Positions 19,763-29,536 of a DNA stretch of 64,000 nucleotides are shown one piece after another. The translations under genes were made by a program, and so were the position numbers. The stretch comes from Azospirillum sp. GTDB taxonomy: Bacteria > Pseudomonadota > Alphaproteobacteria > Azospirillales > Azospirillaceae. The stretch's first letter is position 1, and every line of letters starts with the position of its first letter. The notes beneath the pieces were generated by a model. The model did not search any database. It had not been told where the DNA came from and was given only the letters and a program-made list of their open reading frames with translations. The DNA is taken from positions 212-64,211 of the forward strand of contig DASWVP010000220.1 in the NCBI GenBank assembly GCA_036401175.1. The letters are read 5' to 3'.

Positions 19763-19945
19763 TTAGCCGCGCGTGCCGCTGGGTGTCGACTGCTGACCGC
19801 CCGTCGAGGCGGTGTCGGCGGCCGGGGTCTGCGGCAGGCTCACGCTCTTGTGCGTGGTCGTGCATTCGGCGCTGGCGATCCCTGCCGTCAGGAGGGCCGC
19901 AAGGCCGAACGCGGCGGCGACGACCGGATTTGCTCCATGAGACAT
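19763..19945 (-). CDS. Small secreted hypothetical protein (60 aa)
   Basis: Strong AAAGGAGGTG RBS; signal peptide ending ASA|EC; Ser/Thr/Gly-rich tail. Confidence 0.7.
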   Translation of the reverse strand: MSHGANPVVAAAFGLAALLTAGIASAECTTTHKSVSLPQTPAADTASTGGQQSTPSGTRG

Positions 19946-20366
19946 TGGATCACCTCCTTTCCGTTGTTCGCTTGGGGAACGAATGGTGGCATGCCGCGCA
20001 GGCCGTGCCCACTGCTCAGAAGGTATAGCCGGCCGATCCGGCGCGCGTCCGGTGCATGCCTGCGCTCTGGGCGGCTGCCTATCCGTTGGGTTCATGCCGC
20101 AAAAACAGGCAGCGGCTCTGCCGCTTCCGGCGGGCGTGGGAAACAATCGTACGGGAAGGCGTGGGAAAGCGACCGAATCCGGTGCCCCGTCCGCCTCACG
20201 GGAGGGGCCTGGAGTGCGCTGTGATGCCGCATTGCAGCAAATGCCAAATATTTCAGCATTGTCACAGGATCGTAGTCACAATATTTTTGTGGTTATTCGC
20301 GGCCGGATTCACAACACATGGTGGTTTTCTGCGGGTCCCGGACCGTCGTGAGGCCATGACGGATGT

Positions 20367-20382
20367 TGGCACGAGAATTGAT
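20367..20382 (+). promoter_or_regulatory. Possible sigma-54 (-24/-12) promoter
   Basis: TGGCACG-AGAA-TTGAT versus consensus TGGCACG-N4-TTGCW; one mismatch at the conserved C; 40 nt before an MCP-like gene. Confidence 0.4.
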
Positions 20383-20422
20383 TCATGTCTGATCGAGGAT
20401 TGGGAGTCGGAGAGGCAAGGCC

Positions 20423-21451
20423 ATGAGTGCAGGCAGCAACCAGCTTTTCGACCTGTCGCGCGAGGTGCTCGACGTCGCCTCCCGCAAGGTTTCGCTGATC
20501 GAGGACATCACCCGGCGCACCAAGATGCTGGCGATGAACGCGCTGATCGAGGCGGCGCGGGCCGGCGACGCGGGGCGGGGCTTCGCCGTGGTGGCCAACG
20601 AGGTGTCGGAGATTTCCAAGCAGGTCAACACCATTACCCGCGACCTGCGCAGCGAGATCACCAGCCGCGTCGATCACCTGACTTCGGCCGGCAGCGAGAT
20701 GGTGCGCGAGATGCGCGGCCGGCGCCTCGCCGATCTGGCGCTCAACATGATCGAGATCATCGACCGCAACCTGTACGAACGCTCGTGCGACGTCCGCTGG
20801 TGGGCGACCGACAGCGCGGTGGTGGAATGCGCCGTCGATCCGACGGAGGAGAACCGCCGGCACGCGTCCTCGCGGCTCGCCGTCATCCTCGAATCCTACA
20901 CGGTCTACCTCGACCTCTGGGTGGCCGACCTCAAGGGCAACGTCATCGCCACCGGCCGGCCGAAGTTCTACCCCGGCGCGGTCGGCGCCAACGTGGCCGA
21001 CGAGCAGTGGTTCCGCCAGGGCCTCGCCACGCGCCACGGCGGCGAGTTCACCGTGGCCGACGTCGGGCGCAACCGGCGGCTCGACGACCGCACGGTGGCG
21101 ACCTACGCCACCGCCATCCGCAAGGACGGCGCGGCCGACGGCGACCCGGTCGGCGTGCTGGGTATCTTCTTCGACTGGGAGCCGCAGGCGCGCGCCGTGG
21201 TCGACGGCGTGCGGCTGGAGGAGGGCGAGCGCCAGCACACGCGCTGCCTGCTCCTCGACGCGCGGCACCGGGTGATCGCGTCGTCCGACGGGCGCGGCAT
21301 CCTGACGGAATCGGTGCCGCTGCGCACCGAAGGCCGCACCATGGGCTACTACGCGCAGCCGGACGGCCGCACGGTCGGCTTCTCGCTGACGCCGGGTTAC
21401 GAGACGTACCAGGGGTTGGGCTGGTATGGCGTCATCGTGCAGGGACCCTGA
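20423..21451 (+). CDS. Cytoplasmic MCP-like protein: short N-terminal signalling tip plus C-terminal Cache-like domain
   Basis: [29 protein letters not shown] near the N-terminus, no TM; DLWVADLKGNVIA, WFRQG, GVLGIFFDW downstream. Confidence 0.85.
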   Translation: MSAGSNQLFDLSREVLDVASRKVSLIEDITRRTKMLAMNALIEAARAGDAGRGFAVVANEVSEISKQVNTITRDLRSEITSRVDHLTSAGSEMVREMRGRRLADLALNMIEIIDRNLYERSCDVRWWATDSAVVECAVDPTEENRRHASSRLAVILESYTVYLDLWVADLKGNVIATGRPKFYPGAVGANVADEQWFRQGLATRHGGEFTVADVGRNRRLDDRTVATYATAIRKDGAADGDPVGVLGIFFDWEPQARAVVDGVRLEEGERQHTRCLLLDARHRVIASSDGRGILTESVPLRTEGRTMGYYAQPDGRTVGFSLTPGYETYQGLGWYGVIVQGP

Positions 21452-21551
21452 CCCGAAGGTCATGGCCGGTGCGCGTTGACGGGCGGCGGGGCGCGGCTAT
21501 GCTGGACGGGTGCGCGGCGCCTCCCCGCGCGGCCCGCTCCATAGGCATTTG

Positions 21552-22547
21552 ATGTCCGTGTCCCGCCGCCTTATTGTCCGCCGTGAGAGCTTCCCGATCC
21601 GCGGCGCCTTCCGCATCTCGCGCGGCGCCAAGACGGCGGCCGAGGTGGTCGTCGCCGAGGTGCGGGACGGGGACCTGTGCGGCCGGGGCGAGTGCGTGCC
21701 CTACGCCCGCTACGGCGAGAGCGTCACGGGCGTCGCCGCGGCGCTGGAGGCGGTGGCGGACGCGGTGGCCGCCGGCCTCGACCGCGAAGCCCTGCAACAG
21801 GTTCTGCCGGCGGGTGCCGCGCGCAACGCGCTGGACTGTGCGCTGTGGGACCTGGAGGCCAAGCGCGCGGGCCTTCCCGCGTGGCGCCTCGCCGGCCTGA
21901 CGCAACCGCCGGGGCCGCTCACCACCTGCTACACGCTGAGCGTCGACGCGCCGTCCGCCATGGCCGAGGCGGCGCGCGGCGTGGCGACGCGCCATCCCCT
22001 GCTCAAGATGAAGCTGACCGGCGAGGGCGACCTGGAGCGCGTGCGCGCGGTGCGCGCGGCGGCCCCGGCGGCGCGCCTCGTGGTCGACGCCAACGAGGGG
22101 TGGACGCTCGACCACCTCGACCGCTTCGCGCCGGAATTTGCCGCGCTGGGCGTCGAGCTGATCGAACAGCCGCTGCCGGCCGGCCAGGACGAGGCCCTGC
22201 GCGGCGTGCGCTGCCCGGTGCCGCTGGGCGCCGACGAATCATTCCATGGGCTGGACAGCCTGGAGCGCCTGAAGGGGCTCTATCAGGTCGTCAACGTCAA
22301 GCTCGACAAGACCGGCGGGCTGACCGGGGCGCTGGCGCTCAAGGCGGCGGCCGAGGCGGCGGGGTTCGGCCTGATGGTCGGCTGCATGGTGGCGACCTCG
22401 CTTGCCATGGCGCCGGCGGTGCTGCTGGCGCAGGGGGTATCCTTCGTCGATCTGGACGGGCCGCTGCTGCTGGCGGAAGATCGCGTGCCCGGCCTGCGCT
22501 ACGACGGCGCGCTCGTCCACCCGCCCGAGCCGGAGCTGTGGGGGTGA
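21552..22547 (+). CDS. dgcA: Dipeptide epimerase / N-acetyl-D-Glu racemase (enolase superfamily, MLE subgroup)
   Basis: FRISRG, GECVPYARYGES, KMKL, DANEGW, EQP, ADES, NVKLDKTGG, DLDG. Confidence 0.88.
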   Translation: MSVSRRLIVRRESFPIRGAFRISRGAKTAAEVVVAEVRDGDLCGRGECVPYARYGESVTGVAAALEAVADAVAAGLDREALQQVLPAGAARNALDCALWDLEAKRAGLPAWRLAGLTQPPGPLTTCYTLSVDAPSAMAEAARGVATRHPLLKMKLTGEGDLERVRAVRAAAPAARLVVDANEGWTLDHLDRFAPEFAALGVELIEQPLPAGQDEALRGVRCPVPLGADESFHGLDSLERLKGLYQVVNVKLDKTGGLTGALALKAAAEAAGFGLMVGCMVATSLAMAPAVLLAQGVSFVDLDGPLLLAEDRVPGLRYDGALVHPPEPELWG

Positions 22548-22552
22548 CTGCC

Positions 22553-22882
22553 ATGGACAACCTGTTGCGTGAGATCCCGAAGGACCTCCCCGACGAGCTG
22601 TTCTTCACGCTGGCCGAGAGCGATACGGTGCGCATCGAGCGCATCGTCTCCACCGGCCAGTCATCGCCGGAGGGCTTCTGGTACGACCAGGAGTGGGACG
22701 AGTTCGTCCTGGTCGTGCGGGGCGCCGCAGGCCTGGAGGTGGAGGGGGAGCCGGTGCGCCCGCTGAAACCCGGCGACTGGCTGGTGATCCCGTCGCACGT
22801 CCGCCACCGCGTCGCCTGGACCCAGGCCGACCCGCCCACCGTGTGGCTGGCCGTGCATTACCGGCCGAAGGTGGGGGCCTGA
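22553..22882 (+). CDS. Cupin domain protein
   Basis: IERIVSTGQSSPEGFWYDQ...E.VLV..G...LKPGD...IPSHVRHRVAWT...WLAVH. Confidence 0.88.
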   Translation: MDNLLREIPKDLPDELFFTLAESDTVRIERIVSTGQSSPEGFWYDQEWDEFVLVVRGAAGLEVEGEPVRPLKPGDWLVIPSHVRHRVAWTQADPPTVWLAVHYRPKVGA

Positions 22883-22955
22883 CCCGCGCGTCATGCGCTT
22901 GCCGCGCAGGAGTTATCGGGCCAAGCTCGCCGCGTCGTCTTCCGCCGGAGTTCCC

Positions 22956-23735
22956 ATGTCCCTCCGTACGCTCGCCGCCGCGCTGTTCGCCGCGTTCTCG
23001 TTCTGCCCGCCGGCGCACGCCGGGCCGCTGCCGGACGGCTTCGTCTATCTGCGCGCTGTCGATCCGACCGTCGTGCAGGAGATGCGCTATTACGGGCCGC
23101 ACAACTTCATCGGCCGGCCGATCGACGGCTATTTCGCCCCGGAATGCATCCTCACCCGGCCGGCGGCCGAGGCGGTGGCGCGGGTGAACGCCGAGTTGAA
23201 GGCGTCCGGCCTGCTGGCCAAGGTGTTCGACTGCTACCGTCCGCAGGCGTCGGTGGACCACTTCGTGCGCTGGAGCAAGGAGGTCGCCGACCAGACGATG
23301 AAGACCGCCTTCTACCCCGAGGTGGACAAAGCCGACTTCTTCAAGCTGGGCTACGTGGCGGAGAAGTCCGGGCATTCGCGCGGCAGCACGGTGGACCTCA
23401 CCGTCATCCCCGCCGACGCCCGCGCGCCCGAAACCTATGTAGACGGCAAGACAGCGCTGGTGGATTGCCGCGCGCCCTACACCGAGCGCTTCCGCGACAA
23501 CGCTCTGGATTTCGGCACGGACTACGACTGCTTCGATCCGAAGTCGCACCCCGACAGCACGGCGGTGAGCCTCGTTGCCCGCCACAACCGCGCCATGCTG
23601 GCGGCGCTGATGGGCAAGCACGGCTTCAAGCCGCTGCCCGAGGAGTGGTGGCACTTCACCTTGCGCGACGAGCCGTTTCCCCAGACCTTCTTCACCTTCC
23701 CCATCGTGGCGCCGCAGGGCGCGCCGAGCCCCTGA
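22956..23735 (+). CDS. ddpX: M15 family D-Ala-D-Ala dipeptidase, exported
   Basis: Signal peptide; FDCYRP, SGHSRGSTVD and EWWHF zinc motifs. Confidence 0.9.
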   Translation: MSLRTLAAALFAAFSFCPPAHAGPLPDGFVYLRAVDPTVVQEMRYYGPHNFIGRPIDGYFAPECILTRPAAEAVARVNAELKASGLLAKVFDCYRPQASVDHFVRWSKEVADQTMKTAFYPEVDKADFFKLGYVAEKSGHSRGSTVDLTVIPADARAPETYVDGKTALVDCRAPYTERFRDNALDFGTDYDCFDPKSHPDSTAVSLVARHNRAMLAALMGKHGFKPLPEEWWHFTLRDEPFPQTFFTFPIVAPQGAPSP

Positions 23736-23741
23736 GGACCC

Positions 23742-24929
23742 ATGCCGCTGCTGCCCTACGGACGCAACGCCCCGCTGCTGGCGCTCTGCCAAGCCCTCTA
23801 CTCGACGTCGCTGATGATCACGGTCACGCTGGCCGGCCTCGTGGGGGCGCAGTTGGCGCCGTCCCCGGCGCTGTCCACGCTGCCGCTGGCGCTGATGATG
23901 ATCGGCAACATCGTCACCGCCGGGCCGGTGTCGCTGCTGATGCAGCGCGTCGGCCGGCGCGCCGGCTTCACGCTGGGGGGCGGCGCGGCGGCGCTGGGCG
24001 GGGTGGCCTGCGCCTATGCCGTGGTGTGGGGCAGCTTCGCGCTGTTCTGCGCCGGGACGGCGCTGGTCGGCGTCTTCCAGGCCGCGTCGATGTACTTCCG
24101 GCTGGCCGCCGCCGACGGTGTGGCGCCGGAGCGGCGGGGCGGGGCGGTCTCGCTGGTGCTGACCGGCGGCATCCTGGCCGCGCTGATCGCCCCGACGCTC
24201 ACCCTGTGGACCAAGGACTGGTGGGCGCCGATTCCCTTCGCCGGGTCGTTCCTGGCGCTCGCCGTCCTCGGCCTCGCCACGCTGGTGCCGGTGGCGGCGC
24301 TGGCCGAGCATCGGAGCCACGGCGGCGCGGGCGGTGGCGGCGGTCGGCCGCTGTCGGTGATCGTCCGCCAGCCGATCTTCATCGCCGCCGCGGCCAACGT
24401 AGCGGTGGGGCAGGGCGTGATGGTGCTGGTGATGCACGCCACGCCGCTCGCCATGATCGGCTGCGGCCTTACCGTGGGGGACGCGGCGGGCGTCATCCAG
24501 TGGCACGTGCTGGGCATGTACGTGCCGTCGTTCCTGACCGGGCGGCTGATCAACCGGATCGGCGCGGCGCCGGTGGCGGCGCTGGGCGCCGTCATCCTGG
24601 CGGCGAGCGCCACGGTGTCGGCCTGGGACCAGTCGCTGCCGTTCTTCCAGGGCGGGCTGGTGCTGCTGGGGGTGGGGTGGAACTTCATGTACGTGGCCGG
24701 CACCACCATGCTGACGCAGTCGCACACCGTCGAGGAGCGCGGGCGCGTCCAGGGCGTGGCCGAGATGACGGTGGCGGTCACCGGGGCGGTCGCCAGCTTC
24801 GCGTCGGGCGGATTGATCAGCCAGATCGGCTGGACCGCCGTCAACGTCGGCATGGTGCCGCTGCTGGCTCTGGCCGTCGCCGCCACGCTCTGGCACGTCG
24901 TCCGCGGCGCGCGGCTGACGGCGGCCTGA
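23742..24929 (+). CDS. MFS transporter
   Basis: About 12 TM helices, MQRVGRR loop, WHVLGMYVPSFLTG, GWNF. Confidence 0.9.
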   Translation: MPLLPYGRNAPLLALCQALYSTSLMITVTLAGLVGAQLAPSPALSTLPLALMMIGNIVTAGPVSLLMQRVGRRAGFTLGGGAAALGGVACAYAVVWGSFALFCAGTALVGVFQAASMYFRLAAADGVAPERRGGAVSLVLTGGILAALIAPTLTLWTKDWWAPIPFAGSFLALAVLGLATLVPVAALAEHRSHGGAGGGGGRPLSVIVRQPIFIAAAANVAVGQGVMVLVMHATPLAMIGCGLTVGDAAGVIQWHVLGMYVPSFLTGRLINRIGAAPVAALGAVILAASATVSAWDQSLPFFQGGLVLLGVGWNFMYVAGTTMLTQSHTVEERGRVQGVAEMTVAVTGAVASFASGGLISQIGWTAVNVGMVPLLALAVAATLWHVVRGARLTAA

Positions 24930-24933
24930 CGCT

Positions 24934-25776
24934 TCAGAACAGCGTCGCCTCGGCCCGCATCGCCAGTTCGCCGGCCGGGCCGGTGACCCACAGGTCGACG
25001 CGGTCGCCGTCGGGGCGGCCGTTCAGGGTGAATGGGGCGGTGTCGAACACCGGCGCCATGGCGCGGTACCAGAAGCCGGCGACCGTCGCCTCCGGCCGCA
25101 TGCGGCGCACGAGGTCGAGCAGCAGCGTCGCCATCAGCGGCCCGTGCACCAGCAGGCCCGGATACCCCTCCTCCTCGGCGGCGTAGGGGCGGTCGTAGTG
25201 GATGCGGTGGCCGTTGAAGGTCAGCGCCGAATAGCGGAACAGCAGCACCGGGCCGGGGTGCAGCGTGCGCGTCCACGGGGCGTCGGTCGGCGCCGGCTCG
25301 TACGCCGGGGCGGGGGTGCCGGGCTCGTCGTGGTCGCGGTAGACGATGTCGTGCTCCTCCACCAGCGCCCCGCCGCGCGCGGTGCCTATGGTGTGGCGGA
25401 CCTGGACGAAGACCAGTTCCCCCGTGCGGCCCTGCTTGACCCGCACGTCGGCCACCTCCGACAGGCGTTCGGCGGTGTCGCCGACGCGCAGCGGGGCGGC
25501 GAAGGTCAGCCGCCCGCCGGCCCACATGCGCCGCGGCAACTGCACCGGCGGCAGGAAGCCGCCGCGCAGCGGGTGCCCGTCCGGCCCCGTGCGGGTCAGC
25601 GGCGTGGCGTCCAGGAAGTACAGCCAGTGGCCGCCGGGCGGCACCGGGTCGCCCATCCCCGGCGGCGGGTCGTCGCCGATGGTGGCGGCCAGCGCGGCGA
25701 GCGGCCACGGCACGATGATGTCCGTGCGCCGCTCGCTGCGGCCGATCCAGGCGCGCAGGGATTCCGCGTTGGTCAC
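24934..25776 (-). CDS. MaoC/HTD2-like double hot-dog dehydratase
   Basis: DGHP.RGGFLPP, RRMWAGG, LFRYSALTFNGHRIHYD, LVHGPL. Confidence 0.9.
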   Translation of the reverse strand: MTNAESLRAWIGRSERRTDIIVPWPLAALAATIGDDPPPGMGDPVPPGGHWLYFLDATPLTRTGPDGHPLRGGFLPPVQLPRRMWAGGRLTFAAPLRVGDTAERLSEVADVRVKQGRTGELVFVQVRHTIGTARGGALVEEHDIVYRDHDEPGTPAPAYEPAPTDAPWTRTLHPGPVLLFRYSALTFNGHRIHYDRPYAAEEEGYPGLLVHGPLMATLLLDLVRRMRPEATVAGFWYRAMAPVFDTAPFTLNGRPDGDRVDLWVTGPAGELAMRAEATLF

Positions 25777-25779
25777 CGC

Positions 25780-26196
25780 TCAGCGCGCCGTGGGGGAGAC
25801 GTCGCCGGTGGAGACCGAGGCCGGGACGTACGGCTCCGACTCAAGGCCGTTCACCTTGGCGGCCATGATGAAGTCGTTCTCGTGCAGGCCGTTGATCTTG
25901 TGCGTCCAGAACTTGACGGTGCAGAAGCCCCAGCCGTGGGTGATCTCGGCGTGGTGGCCTTCCGCCTCGCACAGGGTGCCGACGCGCATCGCGAAGGCCT
26001 GCGCCTGGAGGAAGTCGCCGAATGTGAAGGTGCGCACGAGGTGGTCGGGGTTCTCCGCGAGGCTCCAGCCCGGCACCTGCACGAGGTATTCCCGCGCCAT
26101 GGCGCGGTCCATCGGTGGGATGCCGCCGCGGCACGGCTCGCACTTGCCGCTGGCGAGGTCGCACACCTGGCCGCTCTGTTCGGATTCGCCGGTCAT
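25780..26196 (-). CDS. phhB: Pterin-4-alpha-carbinolamine dehydratase
   Basis: CEPCRGG, AEGHHAEI, WTHKINGLHENDFIMAAK. Confidence 0.92.
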   Translation of the reverse strand: MTGESEQSGQVCDLASGKCEPCRGGIPPMDRAMAREYLVQVPGWSLAENPDHLVRTFTFGDFLQAQAFAMRVGTLCEAEGHHAEITHGWGFCTVKFWTHKINGLHENDFIMAAKVNGLESEPYVPASVSTGDVSPTAR

Positions 26197-26517
26197 CGTT
26201 TCTCTCCCGCTGGTCTTGTTGGCTTGGCAGGAATGCTAGGCGGCGCGGGGCGGTTCGGCAACCCCGGGCGAATGTGACGGGATGCAACACCATGAAACAC
26301 TTTGGAGGGGAGGGTTTCATCCTTTCAGCCGGCTCCGGCCGCCACCGGGCGTGCGCCCGGAAACGGGGCGCCCGGGGTGAGCCTCAACTGCTTCATTGCC
26401 ATCCAACACCGGCTCGGCTACCTTGCGGCAAAGTCAAGTAGCCGGACAGAAAGACTAGGTTTTTCCTGAAGCCTTTTGGTCGTCCGCAACAATAATGAAG
26501 TTGATCTGGAGAGATAA

Positions 26518-28458
26518 GTGCATATCGGCAAGTTCATTGGGCAAATTTCTCCGGTCATGCATCACGGGTATCGGCGGGACATCGACGGCTTGCGGGCTAT
26601 CGCGGTTCTTTCCGTTGTGGCATTTCATGCGTCGCCGCTTAATCTTCGCGGCGGCTTTGTCGGCGTCGATATATTTTTCGTCATTTCCGGATTCCTGATA
26701 TCCTCTATCATCATGAATGGCCTGCTTGAAGGCAGATTCAGTTTTGCTGAATTTTATGCGCGCCGGATAAAAAGAATATTTCCTGCCCTCATCACTGTCA
26801 TCGTGGGTGTGTATGCTCTGGGGTATTTTGTTTTTCTGCCGGACGATTACAGGAATTTCGGTAAGCACATAATTTCCGGTGCCGCATTCGTCTCGAACAT
26901 CACCTTGTGGACCGAGGCCGGATATTTCGATCGCGCGGCGGAAACGAAGCCGCTTCTGCATCTCTGGTCTCTTGGTGTCGAGGAACAGTTTTATATTCTG
27001 TTTCCGATCATCTTTTATGTCTTCCACAGGATGAAGATCAATCTGATCTGGCCGATCGCGCTCGGCTTGGCCGCATCGTTCCTGATCAACATCGGGACGG
27101 TGCATTCAAGCCCTGCGGCGGCCTTTTTCTCGCCGGCGTCCCGCTTTTGGGAGTTGCTGGTCGGGGCGCTGCTCGCCTACCTGACCGTGCATCGGGCCGA
27201 GGTTCTTCCGCAGCGTCCGATGATGCGCAACGTTCTGTCGTCCGCCGGCATGGCGCTGCTGCTGGCCGCCCTGTACCTGACGGACAAGAGCAAGGCGTTT
27301 CCCGGCTGGTGGGCGTTGATGCCGACCGTGGGGGCGGCCCTTCTGATCGCGGCCGGGCCGCAGGCCTGGGCAAACCGGTGGATTCTCGCGAATCCGCTGG
27401 CGGTGTGGATCGGACTGATCAGCTATCCGCTGTATCTCTGGCACTGGCCGCTGCTGTCCCTGGCGTCCATCGACGCGATCGGGGAGGCCCCGTCGCGGCT
27501 GGCCCGGTTCGGGGCGGTGGGCGTGTCCGTCCTGCTCGCCTGGCTGACCTATCGGTTCATCGAGATTCCCATCCGCTTCACCCCCCGCCGCAGCACCTGG
27601 AAGGTGGCCGCGCTCTGCGCGACCATGGCGTCCGTGGGGGCCGTCGGTTTCGTGACCTATCGCTCCGACGGGCTCAGCTTCCGCTACCCGGCGCTGATCG
27701 CCGATCTCATCACCGGGAACTTCAATCGCTGGCCGAAGATCCCGTTCACCGAAAAGTGCTTTCTCGCCCCGGATGAAGGCGACTCGCGGTTCGGCGCCTG
27801 CACCGAGCCGGGCGAGCGGCCCCTGATGTACGTCTGGGGCGATTCGCATTCCGGCATGCTCGCCAACGGCCTGATGGCGTACCGGCAGCAGCATGGGATC
27901 GACTTCAGGGTCGCCGTCTACACGGCCAGTTCCTGCCCTCCCTTGCTGGACTACGACCAGAACGGCAGGCCGTTGTGCCGGTCCGTCAACGACGCCAACT
28001 TCCGCCGGATCAGGGAGCTGCGCCCGGAGGTCCTGGTCATGAACGCCTTCTGGATGCCGGACAACCTGACGCCGCTGGGAGACACGCTGGAGCGGCTCAA
28101 GGCCGCCGGCGTGAAACGCATCATCGTCGTCGGGTCGCCGCCGGCCTGGAAGGACGACCTGCCGAAGGTGCTGTTCGCCCACTACAGGCAAGGCGGCGGG
28201 AAACAGATGCCGCCCGCGCGGATGATGTTCGGTCTGCACGAGGACAGGCTGGGGTTCGATCAACTGGTCCGCTCCGTCGCGGAACAGCACGGCGTCACGT
28301 TCGTGTCGGCGATGGACATGCTGTGCACGCAGGAGGGCTGCCTGACGCGGTACGCGGACAAGGCGTCCGCCTTGACGGGATTCGATACGGTCCATCTCTC
28401 GCTGCCGGCCGCCGAACGGCTGGCGGAGCGTCTGATCGAACGGGTCGGATCGAAATGA
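26518..28458 (+). CDS. Acyltransferase-3 / SGNH fusion O-acyltransferase (OafA-like); start may be 26557
   Basis: YRRDIDGLRAIAV, GVDIFFVISGF, HLWSLGVEEQFY, ISYPLYLWHWP, GDSH, DTVH. Confidence 0.93.
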   Translation: MHIGKFIGQISPVMHHGYRRDIDGLRAIAVLSVVAFHASPLNLRGGFVGVDIFFVISGFLISSIIMNGLLEGRFSFAEFYARRIKRIFPALITVIVGVYALGYFVFLPDDYRNFGKHIISGAAFVSNITLWTEAGYFDRAAETKPLLHLWSLGVEEQFYILFPIIFYVFHRMKINLIWPIALGLAASFLINIGTVHSSPAAAFFSPASRFWELLVGALLAYLTVHRAEVLPQRPMMRNVLSSAGMALLLAALYLTDKSKAFPGWWALMPTVGAALLIAAGPQAWANRWILANPLAVWIGLISYPLYLWHWPLLSLASIDAIGEAPSRLARFGAVGVSVLLAWLTYRFIEIPIRFTPRRSTWKVAALCATMASVGAVGFVTYRSDGLSFRYPALIADLITGNFNRWPKIPFTEKCFLAPDEGDSRFGACTEPGERPLMYVWGDSHSGMLANGLMAYRQQHGIDFRVAVYTASSCPPLLDYDQNGRPLCRSVNDANFRRIRELRPEVLVMNAFWMPDNLTPLGDTLERLKAAGVKRIIVVGSPPAWKDDLPKVLFAHYRQGGGKQMPPARMMFGLHEDRLGFDQLVRSVAEQHGVTFVSAMDMLCTQEGCLTRYADKASALTGFDTVHLSLPAAERLAERLIERVGSK

Positions 28459-28576
28459 CGCCGCCGCACGGAGACGGTGGAGGCCCGGCGCGGGCTCGGC
28501 TATACGGGCCGGGGGCGCGGACCCCTTGGCCCTTTCGCCTGTTTCGACAGGCAGACCGTCGCAGCGGAACCCAGCG

Positions 28577-29170
28577 ATGACCGAATTGCCCTTCGTCGAC
28601 TACCAGTACCCCTCCCGTCCGGCGGGGGGGCGCCGGCTGGCCATCGTCGGCGAGGCGCCGGGGGCGGAGGAGGTGCGCCAGGGCATCCCCTTCGCCGGGC
28701 GCAGCGGCAAGCTGCTGGATGAAAACCTGCACGCCGCCGGCATCGACCGTGCCCAGGTGCTGGTCGCCAACGTCTTCCGCCGCCAGCCGCCGGGCAACAA
28801 GGTCGGCCACTTCTTCGCGTCGCGCACCCGCGCGCGCAAGGAAGGGCGCGGCATCGACGAGCAATGGGGGCCGTTCGGCACGTCCGACTGGGTGCTGGCG
28901 GAATTCGCGGCCGACGTGGAGCATCTGCGGCGCACGCTGGCCGACTACGCCCCGGCGGTGATCGTGGCGCTTGGCCGCACGCCGCTGTGGGCGCTGACCG
29001 GGCTGAACGGCATCATGCAACTGCGCGGCAGCGTGCGGCCCTGCCGGCTGGTGCCGGAGGCCGAGGTGGTGCCGACCTTCCACCCCAGCTACATCCTGCG
29101 CGGCCAACTGGCCGAACAGCCGACCTTCCTCGCCGACCTGAAGCTGGCGGTGACCCGGCTGGACGGGTGA
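28577..29170 (+). CDS. Uracil-DNA glycosylase (family 4-like)
   Basis: VGEAPG..E...G.PF.GRSG and TFHPSYILR. Confidence 0.9.
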   Translation: MTELPFVDYQYPSRPAGGRRLAIVGEAPGAEEVRQGIPFAGRSGKLLDENLHAAGIDRAQVLVANVFRRQPPGNKVGHFFASRTRARKEGRGIDEQWGPFGTSDWVLAEFAADVEHLRRTLADYAPAVIVALGRTPLWALTGLNGIMQLRGSVRPCRLVPEAEVVPTFHPSYILRGQLAEQPTFLADLKLAVTRLDG

Positions 29171-29179
29171 TGCGCCTGC

Positions 29180-29536
29180 CTAGATTGCCGGGTCTTCCCA
29201 GGGGATGGCGCAGGGGCCGGAGGGCGTCACCGCGGCGGAGAACAGCGAACGGGCGTGCGCGGCGGCATTCTCCGCCCGGTCGGGTTCCCCCTGGCACAGG
29301 CCGCACAGGTCCCCGGCCACCTCCAGCAGCTTGCACCGGATGTCCGGGTTGTCGAGATGCAGCAGGCGGATCATCGAACTCGCCCGCTCCGCGCGCTCGC
29401 TCACCCAGCCGTCGGGCCCGCGCTGCACGCAGATCTCGCAGCCGAGTTCCACGGGCGTTCCGGCCGGAGCCCGTCCAGCCGATGCCGTTGTCGCCGGGCC
29501 ATGCCGGCGCGGTGCGCGAAGTGTGCTTCCGTTCAT
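29180..29536 (-). CDS. Hypothetical protein with two CxxC motifs
   Basis: GAAGAGG RBS; CEIC and CGLC. Confidence 0.6.
   Translation of the reverse strand: MNGSTLRAPRRHGPATTASAGRAPAGTPVELGCEICVQRGPDGWVSERAERASSMIRLLHLDNPDIRCKLLEVAGDLCGLCQGEPDRAENAAAHARSLFSAAVTPSGPCAIPWEDPAI

Noticed and set aside
20276-20324. Tandem NrdR boxes
   Set aside because: The first palindrome is one base too long for the NrdR geometry and the downstream gene is unrelated; kept only as generic operator candidates.
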